A stretch of DNA of 64,000 nt, taken from an uncultured delta proteobacterium (lineage in GTDB: Bacteria > Desulfobacterota > Binatia > Binatales > Binataceae). Positions 55,329-64,000 of the stretch are shown piece by piece. Made by a program: the position numbers and the translations under genes. The number at the start of each line of letters is the position of its first letter. Position 1 is the first letter of the stretch. The notes beneath the pieces are model-generated. The model saw nothing but the letters and a program-made list of their open reading frames with translations, was not told the origin of the DNA and made no database searches. The DNA lies in NCBI GenBank assembly GCA_963842085.1, contig CAWJET010000002.1:96001-160000 (forward strand). Direction: 5' to 3'.

Positions 55329-57764
55329 CTACGCGACGATGCTGAGCATTTTGTCTTTGATGAAGATGAACTTCTTGGGAGCGTTGCCGGCCAGGTGACG
55401 TTTGACTGCGTCGCTCTTTAGAGCGAGAGCGCGCACTTCGGATTCTGAGGTGCCGGCGGGGACCTCGAAGCGGTCGCGGACTTTGCCGTTTACCTGGATC
55501 ACTACTGTCACCATTTCGTCGAGCACTAGTTTCGGATCGAACTTGGGCCACGTGTCTAAGTGAATCGAAGAGGAGTGGCCGAGGGCGCGCCAGATTTCTT
55601 CGGTGACGTGCGGGGCCATTGGGGCTAGCAGAAGGATAAAAGATTCCGCGGGGAAACGGCCCAGCTCTTCGGGCTTTAGTTTTGCGAGGTGGTTCAGGTG
55701 ATCCATCATCGCGGCTAGCGCGGTGTTGAAGCGTAGGCGCTCGATATGATCGGTAACCAACTGGATTGTTTTGTGCGTGCGCTTGAGTGTTTCTTCGGTG
55801 GGGTTGCCGATGGGGGAACCGGCCTCGACGTAGCGGCGCATCATCGTCCATACGCGCTGGATGAATCTCAGCGTGCCGGCGACGCCGCTTTCGTTCCAGT
55901 TGGTCGATTCGTCGAAGGGGCTCATGAACAGCTCCCAGAGCCGAAGCGCGTCCGCGCCGTACTTTTCGATCATCGCGTCGGGCGTGACGACGTTGCCCTT
56001 GCTTTTCGACATCCGCTGGCCGTCACTCGCCCACACGACGCCCTGGTTGCGCAAGGCGGGGAACGGTTCGGCGAAACTGATCAGCTCGGAATCGAACATG
56101 ACCTTGGTCCACATCCGCGCGTATAGCAGATGCATCACGGCGTGCTCGGCGCCGCCGACGTAGAGATCGACCGGCAGCCAGTAATCGACGGCGCGGCGAT
56201 CGAACGGGCGCGTGTCTTCATGCGGCGACGCGAAGCGCAGGAAGTACCATGACGAGCAGGCGAAGCCGTCGAGCGTGTCGGTCTCGCGCTCGGCCGGGCC
56301 GCCGCATTTGGGGCAGGTCGTGTTGACGAACGACGGCACGTTGGCGAGCGGAGAGCGGCCAGTGCCCGACGGCAGGTAGTCTTTCATGGGAGGAAGCAGC
56401 ACGGGCAGTTGGTCTTCAGGCACCGGGACGATGCCGTCGGTCTTGCAGTAGACGATCGGAATCGGGCATCCCCAGTAGCGCTGACGCGAGATTAGCCAGT
56501 CGCGCATCCGGTAGTTGATAGTCGCGCGTCCGATTTTGTTCTGCTCAGCGTACTTTGCGACGGCCGCGATCGCTTCCGCCGTGGTCTTGCCGTTGATGAA
56601 GCCGGAGTTGATCGCGATGCCGGGCTCGCTGAATGCGCGATCAGGCGGTGGAGTGCTGCCGTCGGCGGGTGCGGTAACGCGCGGAATTTCGAGGCCATAT
56701 TTCGTAGCGAATTCGAAATCGCGCTGATCCTCGCCGGGCGCGGCCATGATTGCGCCGGTGCCGTAGCCCATCAGGACGTAGTCGGCGATCCAGATTGGAA
56801 TGTCCTTGTCGGTGAAGACGTTGTGTGCGTAGGCGCCGGTGAAGACGCCGGATTTCTCCTTCACCGTGGACATGCGCTCGATTTCGGTCTGGCGGCGCGC
56901 CTCGGCGACGTAGGCGTCGATCTTCGTGCGCTGAGCCGCGCTGGTTATTTCGGCGACGAGCGGATGCTCGGGCGCGAGCACCATGAACGATACGCCGAAG
57001 ACGGTGTCGGGCCGCGTCGTGAAGAAGCGGACTTCCTTATCGGCGTGACCTGTGACCGGGAAGGCGAGTTCCGCGCCTTCGCTGCGGCCGATCCAGTTGC
57101 GTTGCATCAGCTTGATCGGTTCGGGCCAGTCGATGCCGTCGAGGTCGGCGAGCAGTCGATCGGCGTAGTCGGTGATCTTGATGTACCACTGCTCGAGATC
57201 TTTCTTGCCGACCGGATTGTCGGTATGCCGCCAACAGCATCCGTTGACGACCTGTTCGTTGGCGAGCACGGTGCCGCACTTGTCGCACCACCATTGCGAG
57301 CCGGTCGCGCGGTAGGCGAGGCCGCGCTTGAGGAGCATCAGGAAGAACCACTGCGTCCACTTGTAGTACTCGGGCGAGGACGAATTGATCTCGCGCGACC
57401 AGTCGTAGGCGCATCCGGAGATCGTCAGTTGGCGTTTGAAGTTGGCGGCGTAGCGCGGGACGGTTTCGGTGGGATGCGAGCCTTTGAGGACCGCCTCGTT
57501 TTCCGCGGGCAGTCCGAACGCGTCCCATCCCATCGGGTGCAGAACGTTGAAGCCCGCCATCCGCTTGTAGCGGCCGACGACGTCGCACGGAACGTAGTTG
57601 TGCAGATGGCCGACGCTGAGGCCGGCGCCGGACGGGTAGGGGAACATCTCGAGGATGTAGAATTTGGGGCGGCCGGGGTCCTCGCGAGTAAGGTAGAGAC
57701 TGGTGCGTTGCCAATCGGCCTGCCAGAAGGGTTCGATTTTTTTCGGATCGTAGCGTTCGTCCAT
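55329..57764 (-). CDS. leuS: leucine--tRNA ligase
   Basis: MFPYPSG..LSVGH, GWDAFGLPAEN, RDWLISRQRYWG, RMSKS, QVNGKVR. Confidence 0.97.
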   Translation of the reverse strand: MDERYDPKKIEPFWQADWQRTSLYLTREDPGRPKFYILEMFPYPSGAGLSVGHLHNYVPCDVVGRYKRMAGFNVLHPMGWDAFGLPAENEAVLKGSHPTETVPRYAANFKRQLTISGCAYDWSREINSSSPEYYKWTQWFFLMLLKRGLAYRATGSQWWCDKCGTVLANEQVVNGCCWRHTDNPVGKKDLEQWYIKITDYADRLLADLDGIDWPEPIKLMQRNWIGRSEGAELAFPVTGHADKEVRFFTTRPDTVFGVSFMVLAPEHPLVAEITSAAQRTKIDAYVAEARRQTEIERMSTVKEKSGVFTGAYAHNVFTDKDIPIWIADYVLMGYGTGAIMAAPGEDQRDFEFATKYGLEIPRVTAPADGSTPPPDRAFSEPGIAINSGFINGKTTAEAIAAVAKYAEQNKIGRATINYRMRDWLISRQRYWGCPIPIVYCKTDGIVPVPEDQLPVLLPPMKDYLPSGTGRSPLANVPSFVNTTCPKCGGPAERETDTLDGFACSSWYFLRFASPHEDTRPFDRRAVDYWLPVDLYVGGAEHAVMHLLYARMWTKVMFDSELISFAEPFPALRNQGVVWASDGQRMSKSKGNVVTPDAMIEKYGADALRLWELFMSPFDESTNWNESGVAGTLRFIQRVWTMMRRYVEAGSPIGNPTEETLKRTHKTIQLVTDHIERLRFNTALAAMMDHLNHLAKLKPEELGRFPAESFILLLAPMAPHVTEEIWRALGHSSSIHLDTWPKFDPKLVLDEMVTVVIQVNGKVRDRFEVPAGTSESEVRALALKSDAVKRHLAGNAPKKFIFIKDKMLSIVA

Positions 57765-57833
57765 GCGGATGATCTCAGTCAGGCAAGTCTAGCGTGATGG
57801 TGGGAGGACAGGAAGGAAATCACTTAATCTAAC

Positions 57834-57902
57834 GTGAAACCCACCGTGGGTTTCACGCTTCCTTGGGCAGGGGTGATCGCCCCCGGCGCATCCCCTGCAC
57901 CC
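57834..57902 (+). repeat. repeat family B copy (extended second hairpin)
   Basis: GTGAAACCCACCGTGGGTTTCACGCTTCC...GCAGGGGTG...CCCCTGCACCC. Confidence 0.85.
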
Positions 57903-57937
57903 AGTACCAGGAAAAAAGATGCGGGACTTCGTCTCTG

Positions 57938-58471
57938 TTAGGAGGGTTTTTGGCTGAAGGCGCCGGCGTCGAGGGTGTAGAGGACGTGGGGGAGGTTGGC
58001 GTGCACGATGTCGCGATCGTAGGTGAACCCGCAACGCTCCATCACGGCGCGCGACGCCTTGTTGTGCGGCAGGGTGAAGGCGACGATTCGGTCGAGGTGC
58101 ATCTCGTCGAAGCCGAGCTTCAACGCGGCGATTGAGATTTCGGTGGCGAAGCCTTTGCCCCAATAGCCGGACCTGATCGCGTACGCGAGCTCGATCACGT
58201 CGCGGCCCTCGACCTCGGCGTGCTTGATTCCGCCGTAGCCGGCGAAGTCGCCGCCGGCTTGCTCGCGGAAGACCCAGAGGCCGAAGCCGTGCGATTTCCA
58301 GTGCTCGCCGGCGCTTTCCAGAAACGCGCGGCTCTGCTCTTCGCTGAAAGTCTGTCCATCGGCGGACAACGTGGCCATCACGCGCGGGTCGGCATGCAGA
58401 CGGCGAATATCGGCGAAATCGCCTGGACCGGCGGGCGTACCGATCAAGCGAGGAGTGCGGAGTTCGTTCAC
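57938..58471 (-). CDS. GNAT (RimJ/RimL-type) acetyltransferase
   Basis: RTPRL, YWGKGFATE, NKASRAVMERCGF. Confidence 0.9.
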   Translation of the reverse strand: MNELRTPRLIGTPAGPGDFADIRRLHADPRVMATLSADGQTFSEEQSRAFLESAGEHWKSHGFGLWVFREQAGGDFAGYGGIKHAEVEGRDVIELAYAIRSGYWGKGFATEISIAALKLGFDEMHLDRIVAFTLPHNKASRAVMERCGFTYDRDIVHANLPHVLYTLDAGAFSQKPS

Positions 58472-58484
58472 GCGGACCGCGCGG

Positions 58485-59147
58485 CTACTTCTTGCGCACG
58501 ATGGTGAGGCCGTCGGCGATGCCGAGCATCACGGCCTCGACGCGCGTGTCGCTGGCGATGAAATCATTGAGCTTGCGAAGCGCCAGCGTGTCCGCTTCCT
58601 GCTTCGTTTCGTCGATGATCGCGCCGTTCCACAGCACGTTGTCGATGAGGATGAGTCCGCTCGGGCGCAGCCGCTTCAGAATTTCCTCGTAGTAGATCGC
58701 GTAGCTGGTCTTGTCGGCGTCGATAAAGGCGAAGTCAAAGGTATGCGAAGCGGGTAGCGCCTTCAGCGTGTCGGCGGCCGGCCCCAACTTGAGCGTGATC
58801 TTGTTCGCGACGCCCGCCCGCTCCCAGTAGCGGTGCCCGACGCTGGTCCATTGTTCGTTCACGTCGCAGCACAGCAGCCGGCCGTCGGCGGGCAACGCGC
58901 GCGCCACGCAGAGGGCGCTGTAGCCGGTAAATGTGCCGACCTCGACCGCGGAGCGCGCACCGATCGCGCCGGCGAGGATCGCCATGAGGGTGCCCTGCTC
59001 GGCGGCAATCTGCATTGCGCTGATCCATCCCAATTTTGCGGTTTCAGCGGCCAATTCGGCGCGGAGCGGATCGCCGTTGTGCCCGTGCGCAACCAGATAA
59101 TCGTAGAGTTTGGGAGTGAGGGTGATGAATTTAGGATGTTCTGCCAT
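58485..59147 (-). CDS. O-methyltransferase (CCoAOMT-like)
   Basis: EVGTFTGYS, FDFAFIDADK, DNVLWNG. Confidence 0.93.
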   Translation of the reverse strand: MAEHPKFITLTPKLYDYLVAHGHNGDPLRAELAAETAKLGWISAMQIAAEQGTLMAILAGAIGARSAVEVGTFTGYSALCVARALPADGRLLCCDVNEQWTSVGHRYWERAGVANKITLKLGPAADTLKALPASHTFDFAFIDADKTSYAIYYEEILKRLRPSGLILIDNVLWNGAIIDETKQEADTLALRKLNDFIASDTRVEAVMLGIADGLTIVRKK

Positions 59148-59242
59148 GCCCCTAAAATGGCAGGAAGCGAGCGGGCAGAAAAGCGTGGTTCGACTCCCGG
59201 GAAGCGCGGGACGCCGAGACGCCCTATCGATGGAAGATCTTC

Positions 59243-60517
59243 TTAGCGGCCGCCGAGATACGCGAAGTCGCCGTGTTGATTTACCGTCAGGGTGCCGGTG
59301 AAGATCGATGGATGCTTCTGCGCGCGCGTCGCGATTCGGTAAATGAATTCCGAGTCGCCGACCTCGAAGAACGCATCGTCAGGCGATAGTACGTAAAGCT
59401 TTTCGTGATCGTCGGAATCGGTGGCGCCAACGAACATAGCGCCGGAAGCCGTCAGCACCGGGTCGCCCAGCGACTCCAGTTCGGTGCCGAAGGGAGTCAG
59501 CTGTCCGCGCTCGATCCGCAGATCGAGGCGCTGCCGGCTAAGGCGAAAGATGGCGGGTATGCGCGCGCATCCGGCGAGCACCGCGGTCGTCCCGTCAGCC
59601 ATCAAACCCGGCCGCCCGGCCGACAGATACGTCACCGGGCCGATGGAAGTTAAAGTGCCGGTTGGCAGTATCCGGGCCGTCGAACCGCCGCTGTACAGGA
59701 ACAGCGCCGCACCGCTGGGTGTCTTGGCCGTGAACGCGACCATTATCCCAAGCGGAGTTGGCAGCGCGGCCGGCAGTCCGAACGGGCGCTGATAGAGCGT
59801 GTGATTAGGTCCGTAGTCGCCTTCGACCGCAAGCTCGGTAACGCCGCGGGCAGGGGAAGCAAGCAGGAGCGCCTGACGATGTCCAGCAGGTTTCGCGCTG
59901 TCGCCGAGAAACCCGGTGAAGGCGACCTGACCGTCGTCGCCCATTTGCTCGCTGCCGAAGCTAAGCACTGCGATCTCGTGCCCTTCGTTGGTTTTGTCAC
60001 CGGCCTTCACCATGCAAGTGAGCTTGCCGCCAGAATAAAAGAACAGCGCATCGCGGCCGTGCGGCACCGCTGAAATGAAGGCAATATCTTCCTCCATATC
60101 CGCGACGGGATAGGGATCACCCTTGAAGGACGGCGTGCAATCGCCGGTCAGGGCCTTGGGGTTGAGGGCGGCGATAATGCGATGGCTCGGTACGGCGTCG
60201 GCGTTGCCGATGAAAATATTCCAGCGGGGTTTGATATTGGCGTCTTTGGGTTGCGTCTCGGCGCCAAAGATCACGCGTCCATCCGGCATCATCGACGGCA
60301 CGCCGACTTCGGTTACTACGCCGCCGCCGGGGGCCGGCATTCCAATTCCAGTGATCAGCATGGGTACGCCGTTGCTGTCGCTGGCATAGACTGCCTGCGT
60401 ATTGTCCATCTGCAAATCTGCACTGCTTCCGTTGAGCGTCAGCGAAACCGCGTGCGCGCTTAACGGGGTCAGGAGCAGAAGCGCGAACGCAGATGGCAAC
60501 AGCCTGAAATTAAACAT
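59243..60517 (-). CDS. secreted repeat (beta-propeller-like) protein
   Basis: Signal peptide ending SAHA; repeated G.VAF...ALF units. Confidence 0.65.
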   Translation of the reverse strand: MFNFRLLPSAFALLLLTPLSAHAVSLTLNGSSADLQMDNTQAVYASDSNGVPMLITGIGMPAPGGGVVTEVGVPSMMPDGRVIFGAETQPKDANIKPRWNIFIGNADAVPSHRIIAALNPKALTGDCTPSFKGDPYPVADMEEDIAFISAVPHGRDALFFYSGGKLTCMVKAGDKTNEGHEIAVLSFGSEQMGDDGQVAFTGFLGDSAKPAGHRQALLLASPARGVTELAVEGDYGPNHTLYQRPFGLPAALPTPLGIMVAFTAKTPSGAALFLYSGGSTARILPTGTLTSIGPVTYLSAGRPGLMADGTTAVLAGCARIPAIFRLSRQRLDLRIERGQLTPFGTELESLGDPVLTASGAMFVGATDSDDHEKLYVLSPDDAFFEVGDSEFIYRIATRAQKHPSIFTGTLTVNQHGDFAYLGGR

Positions 60518-60634
60518 TTTTCCTAAAGCCACAAATGAGCAACTCGAATTTGAGATCCCCCAAAAACTTATAGTCGCCTGAGCTCACCTGATGCAATGCA
60601 AAGAAAGAGCCATCTCCCGACGGTGTGGTCAGCG

Positions 60635-61090
60635 TCAGAACGCGATTGAATCCAACATCGCATGCATTCGCGCCGGGTGCGTCTCGGGCCAGTAAATCCG
60701 GCCGCATCCTCCGCACTCGGCAAATCGATCATGGCTGGCAAAGACGTAAGGCGGCACGCGGCGCGAGACCAGTTCACGCGCAACCGGCGTCAGCACGACG
60801 TTGCATCGCGAGCATCGCGTGAGCGCGATCGCTCGCGGGTCGAGACCGAAGCGTCCGACAACCTCGCGCAACTGGCTTCTGATAGCGTTGCCCTCGACGA
60901 AAAAGACATCGGGCGCGGTTCGCAGGCGTTTGTCGCGCGTAACCAGGACCCTGTTGTCCGCACGAGCAATCTTCAGAAGGTCGGCGCCGGTAAGCGAGGC
61001 GTCCGCAATGACGTCCGCACCGAGCAATCGCAGCCATCGCGCCAATCGCAGCAGCATCCGGTCAACGGCGAGTCGGGGAGTTTTATCCAT
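60635..61090 (-). CDS. Mut7-C RNase domain protein
   Basis: DRMLLRLARWLRLLG, LVTRD, RCSRCN...CGGCGRIYW. Confidence 0.9.
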   Translation of the reverse strand: MDKTPRLAVDRMLLRLARWLRLLGADVIADASLTGADLLKIARADNRVLVTRDKRLRTAPDVFFVEGNAIRSQLREVVGRFGLDPRAIALTRCSRCNVVLTPVARELVSRRVPPYVFASHDRFAECGGCGRIYWPETHPARMHAMLDSIAF

Positions 61091-61176
61091 CGCGATGGAT
61101 TGTAGTATACCACCGTTCGACGAAACCGCAGTTGGCAAAAATATAAAGCGACGGTTTAAGTTTCGAGGAACGTGCG

Positions 61177-61799
61177 ATGGAGGAAACTCAGGTCTCGTTT
61201 CGATCCGGCGACTTGACCCTGGAAGGTCTGCTTGCCAATCCCGGCGGCAACGCGCCCGCGGCCGTGGTCTGTCATCCGCATCCGCTCTATGGCGGCTCGA
61301 TGTCCAACAACGTGGTCGATGCGATCCTCGCGGCGATGTGGCAAGCCGGATATGCGACCTTGCGCTTCAACTTTCGCGGCGTCGGCGCCAGCGAGGGTGA
61401 GCATGACGGCGGTCCCGGCGAAGTCGATGATGCGGTCGCGGCGATGGCGTTTATCCTCGCGCAGCCCGGCGTGCGCAAAGAGGGTGCCGTGATGGCGGGA
61501 TATTCGTTCGGCGCGATGGTCGCGGTGAGCGCGGGGTACGAACGCGCGGAGATCGCGCGAATCGTGCCGTCGCGCTGCCGCTTGCGATGGCTGACGCGCG
61601 CATTCCTGATGGCGCATCGAAGCCCGTACTGCTGGTTTCGGGCGATCACGATTCGTACTCGCCCGCGGCGGGGCTGCAAGCGCTCAAGTCGAAGATCGGT
61701 GACTCGGCGCGACTCGAGTTCGTCGCCGGCGCGGATCATTTCTTTGGCGGCCGCGAAGCGGAGCTGTCGCGCGCGGTCGCCGCCACACTGGCAGCCTAG
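61177..61799 (+). pseudogene. alpha/beta hydrolase, frameshifted near 61566
   Basis: HPHPLYGGSMSNNVV and GYSFGA in one frame; GDHD and GADHFF in another; one base missing at ATCGTGCCGTC; may be a sequencing error. Confidence 0.8.
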
Positions 61800-62896
61800 C
61801 GGCTGGCGGAAATCGCGGGAGCCCCGCGGGTCGCTTGCCAGATGGCGTAGAAAGGATCGTCGCGATGCGCCTTGGCGAGCGAAATGATCTGCGCGATGGT
61901 CGCGCGCAAGTCGCCGTGATTGATCCGATCGAGCGCGGCGAAGTTGTCGAGCTCGTGAAAGTAGATCAGGTAATTCACCATCACGGCGTTGTTCAGCGGC
62001 TGCTTGTCGAGGTCGAAGCGCTCGAGTCCCGATAGCGACGGCGCCAGCGCGGCGTAGTCGGCTTTGATCGCAACGAAGGCGGCCCCGCGCCGCTGGTCGA
62101 GCTCCTCTTTCGGCAGATTCGCCGTATAAATCCGGAGCAGTCGCGCCTGCTCCTGGAGCAGAAAGCGCGCAAATTTCATGTCGCTCTCCAGGATGCCGCG
62201 CGCCGCAATCGTCGTGGGCGCGGACTCGCCGTCGGTCGCCGCAAAAAAAGCGACCGCGCCCGCACTGCCGACGTAGTTGGCGGCCGATTCGTCGAACATC
62301 GCGTCGCCGGCCAGGTAGTATGTGCGATGGAATAGTTCGTGAATCAGCACGCCGGCCAGTTCGACGCGGTCCAGCTTGAGCAGATTCGTCAGCAGCGGGT
62401 CGGCGAAAAATCCGAGACTCGAAAACGCGACCGACGGCCGCACCATCGTGTCGAGTCCTTGCGCCCCGAGCGCTGCCGCCTCGGCCATCGCATCGCTCTG
62501 GTCGAAATAGCCGCGATAGGGAACGCTGCCGACAATTGGGAACCACCAGGTGTACGGCTTAAGCGAGTCGCGCGGCGCCGCCATCACGACATACACGACC
62601 GCGTTCTGATCCACGGGGGCAATGCTTTCATACGCACCACCGACATTCTCGCCGAGTTTTTCGTCGGCGAACTTGCGCACCGCGAGCACGGTCTCGAGCT
62701 TCGCGCGAACGTCGGCCGGAAGATCGGCACGCGCCAGCTCGTCGTCGATCGGCTTGCGGTTCCACAGGATGCGGCCTTCCTCGTACGCGGCACGCGCGAT
62801 GTAACATCCGCCCAGGAGAATCGGTGCGAAGATTATCGCCGTAAGGCGCAGCAGGTATCTCGCGCGAAGTTGTGTCCGCACCGGCCGCCGCGTCAT
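61796..62896 (-). CDS. putative zinc aminopeptidase lipoprotein
   Basis: LGGC lipobox, WWFPIVGSVPYRGYF, SSLGFFADP, IHELFH. Confidence 0.85.
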   Translation of the reverse strand: MTRRPVRTQLRARYLLRLTAIIFAPILLGGCYIARAAYEEGRILWNRKPIDDELARADLPADVRAKLETVLAVRKFADEKLGENVGGAYESIAPVDQNAVVYVVMAAPRDSLKPYTWWFPIVGSVPYRGYFDQSDAMAEAAALGAQGLDTMVRPSVAFSSLGFFADPLLTNLLKLDRVELAGVLIHELFHRTYYLAGDAMFDESAANYVGSAGAVAFFAATDGESAPTTIAARGILESDMKFARFLLQEQARLLRIYTANLPKEELDQRRGAAFVAIKADYAALAPSLSGLERFDLDKQPLNNAVMVNYLIYFHELDNFAALDRINHGDLRATIAQIISLAKAHRDDPFYAIWQATRGAPAISASR

Positions 62897-62921
62897 GACA
62901 GACACTTCTGCACGGGCGGCG

Positions 62922-64000
62922 TCAGCCGGCGACAAGGCGGTCGCTGTTTGCCATCGCGGCGTACTGCAGTTCGAAGAGCCGGTAGTAAAGTCCGCGCTGG
63001 GCGAGCAGTTCGTCATGCGTGCCGCTTTCGCGCAGCACGCCTCCGCCCAGCACCATGATCCGATCGGCGCGCTCGATGGTGGACAGCCGATGCGCGATCA
63101 CGACGGCCGTGCGCTCCGCCAGCAACTCGTTCAGCGCCAGTTGGATCAGGCGCTCGGTCTCGCTGTCCACGCTCGAAGTCGCTTCATCCATCACCAGGAT
63201 TCGCGGGTTGTACGCGAGCGCGCGCGCGAACGACAGCAGTTGGCGCTGGCCCGCCGAGAGGTTCGCGCCGCGCTCGCGAATCTGCTCGCCCAGCCCGTCG
63301 GGCAGCCGCTCGACGAATCGCAGCGCCTGCGCGCGCCGCAGCGCATCGCGCACTTCGGATTCGCTCAGATCGAGCCCGAGCTGGATATTCTCCATCACGT
63401 CGCCGGCGAACAGGAACACGTCCTGCTGCACCAGCCCGATCGTGCGGCGCAAGGCGCGCAGGTCCCACTCGCGCACGTCGATTCCATCGACCAGGATTCG
63501 TCCGCTCTGTACGTCGTAGAAGCGGTTGAGCAACTTGATGATGGTAGTTTTTCCGGAGCCGGTCGGCCCCACGATCGCAATTTTCTGCCCCGGCTCGACC
63601 GTGAAGCTCAAGTCGTTCAGTACCGGTTCGTGCGGGCGGTATTCGAAGCGGACGTGATCGAACACGATCGCCCCGCGCGAGACCGGCGGCAGCTTCGGCA
63701 TCGCGGGGCTCGACACGATGAGCGGTTCTTCCATCAACTGCTCGATTCGCTCCGCCGCCGCGAGCGCCGATTGCATTGCCGTGTACTTGTTCGAAATTTC
63801 CCGCAGCGGCATGAAGAACATCTGCGCGTACTGCATGAAACCGACGAGCGTGCCGATCGTGATCGCGCGATGGAGCGCTTCGCCGCCGCCGGCCCACAGA
63901 ATCACGCCGATCGTGATCGACGCGACCGTATCGACCGCCGCAAAAAGTCCGGTCTCGTAGATGTTTGCCATCATCTGCGCGTCGCGGCTGCGCATGTTCA
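62922..64000 (-). CDS. ABC exporter, fused permease/ATPase (5' part off window)
   Basis: GPTGSGKT, LSAGQRQ, MDEATSSVD, IAHRLST. Confidence 0.93.
   Translation of the reverse strand, partial: NMRSRDAQMMANIYETGLFAAVDTVASITIGVILWAGGGEALHRAITIGTLVGFMQYAQMFFMPLREISNKYTAMQSALAAAERIEQLMEEPLIVSSPAMPKLPPVSRGAIVFDHVRFEYRPHEPVLNDLSFTVEPGQKIAIVGPTGSGKTTIIKLLNRFYDVQSGRILVDGIDVREWDLRALRRTIGLVQQDVFLFAGDVMENIQLGLDLSESEVRDALRRAQALRFVERLPDGLGEQIRERGANLSAGQRQLLSFARALAYNPRILVMDEATSSVDSETERLIQLALNELLAERTAVVIAHRLSTIERADRIMVLGGGVLRESGTHDELLAQRGLYYRLFELQYAAMANSDRLVAG

Noticed and set aside
61177-61887. 236-aa hydrolase with novel C-terminus
   Set aside because: The tail is out-of-frame read-through; the catalytic Asp/His part lies in the 61587-61799 frame

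Overview
High-GC bacterial chromosome segment. Gene content (LLM oxidoreductase, split arn genes, hydrolases) resembles Binatota/deltaproteobacteria-like soil bacteria, but this taxonomy is inference. About 3.0-36.3 kb holds a Mu-like (transposable-phage-type) gene set in two separated blocks. Block 1 (3020-12589) has an S24/HTH repressor, Mor/C-type activator, GH108 endolysin, holin, three lipoproteins, gp25/26-like genes, small and large terminase and portal. Block 2 (24813-36293) has protease I, major capsid T, gp36, gp37, P2-like sheath, tube, J and I genes, a fibre and a large spike-like protein with a signal peptide. No MuA/MuB, ner or other early genes, recognisable Mu ends, F/G, tape measure or baseplate hub/spike genes are visible. 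The ~12 kb between the blocks is non-phage DNA: a methyltransferase, secreted proteins, a low-GC HEPN-like/STAS-HATPase/STAS island, an IS3-family element, an NHL-repeat surface protein and an ABC ATPase. The best candidate for a new system is a domesticated, replication-less Mu-derived particle cluster (GTA-like), although simple prophage decay is not excluded. Three REP-like repeat families are present; one flanks a DUF559 nuclease inserted between terS and terL. The right part is housekeeping: murF, purE, the arn cluster, purA, serA, hicBA, two parS sites and leuS.
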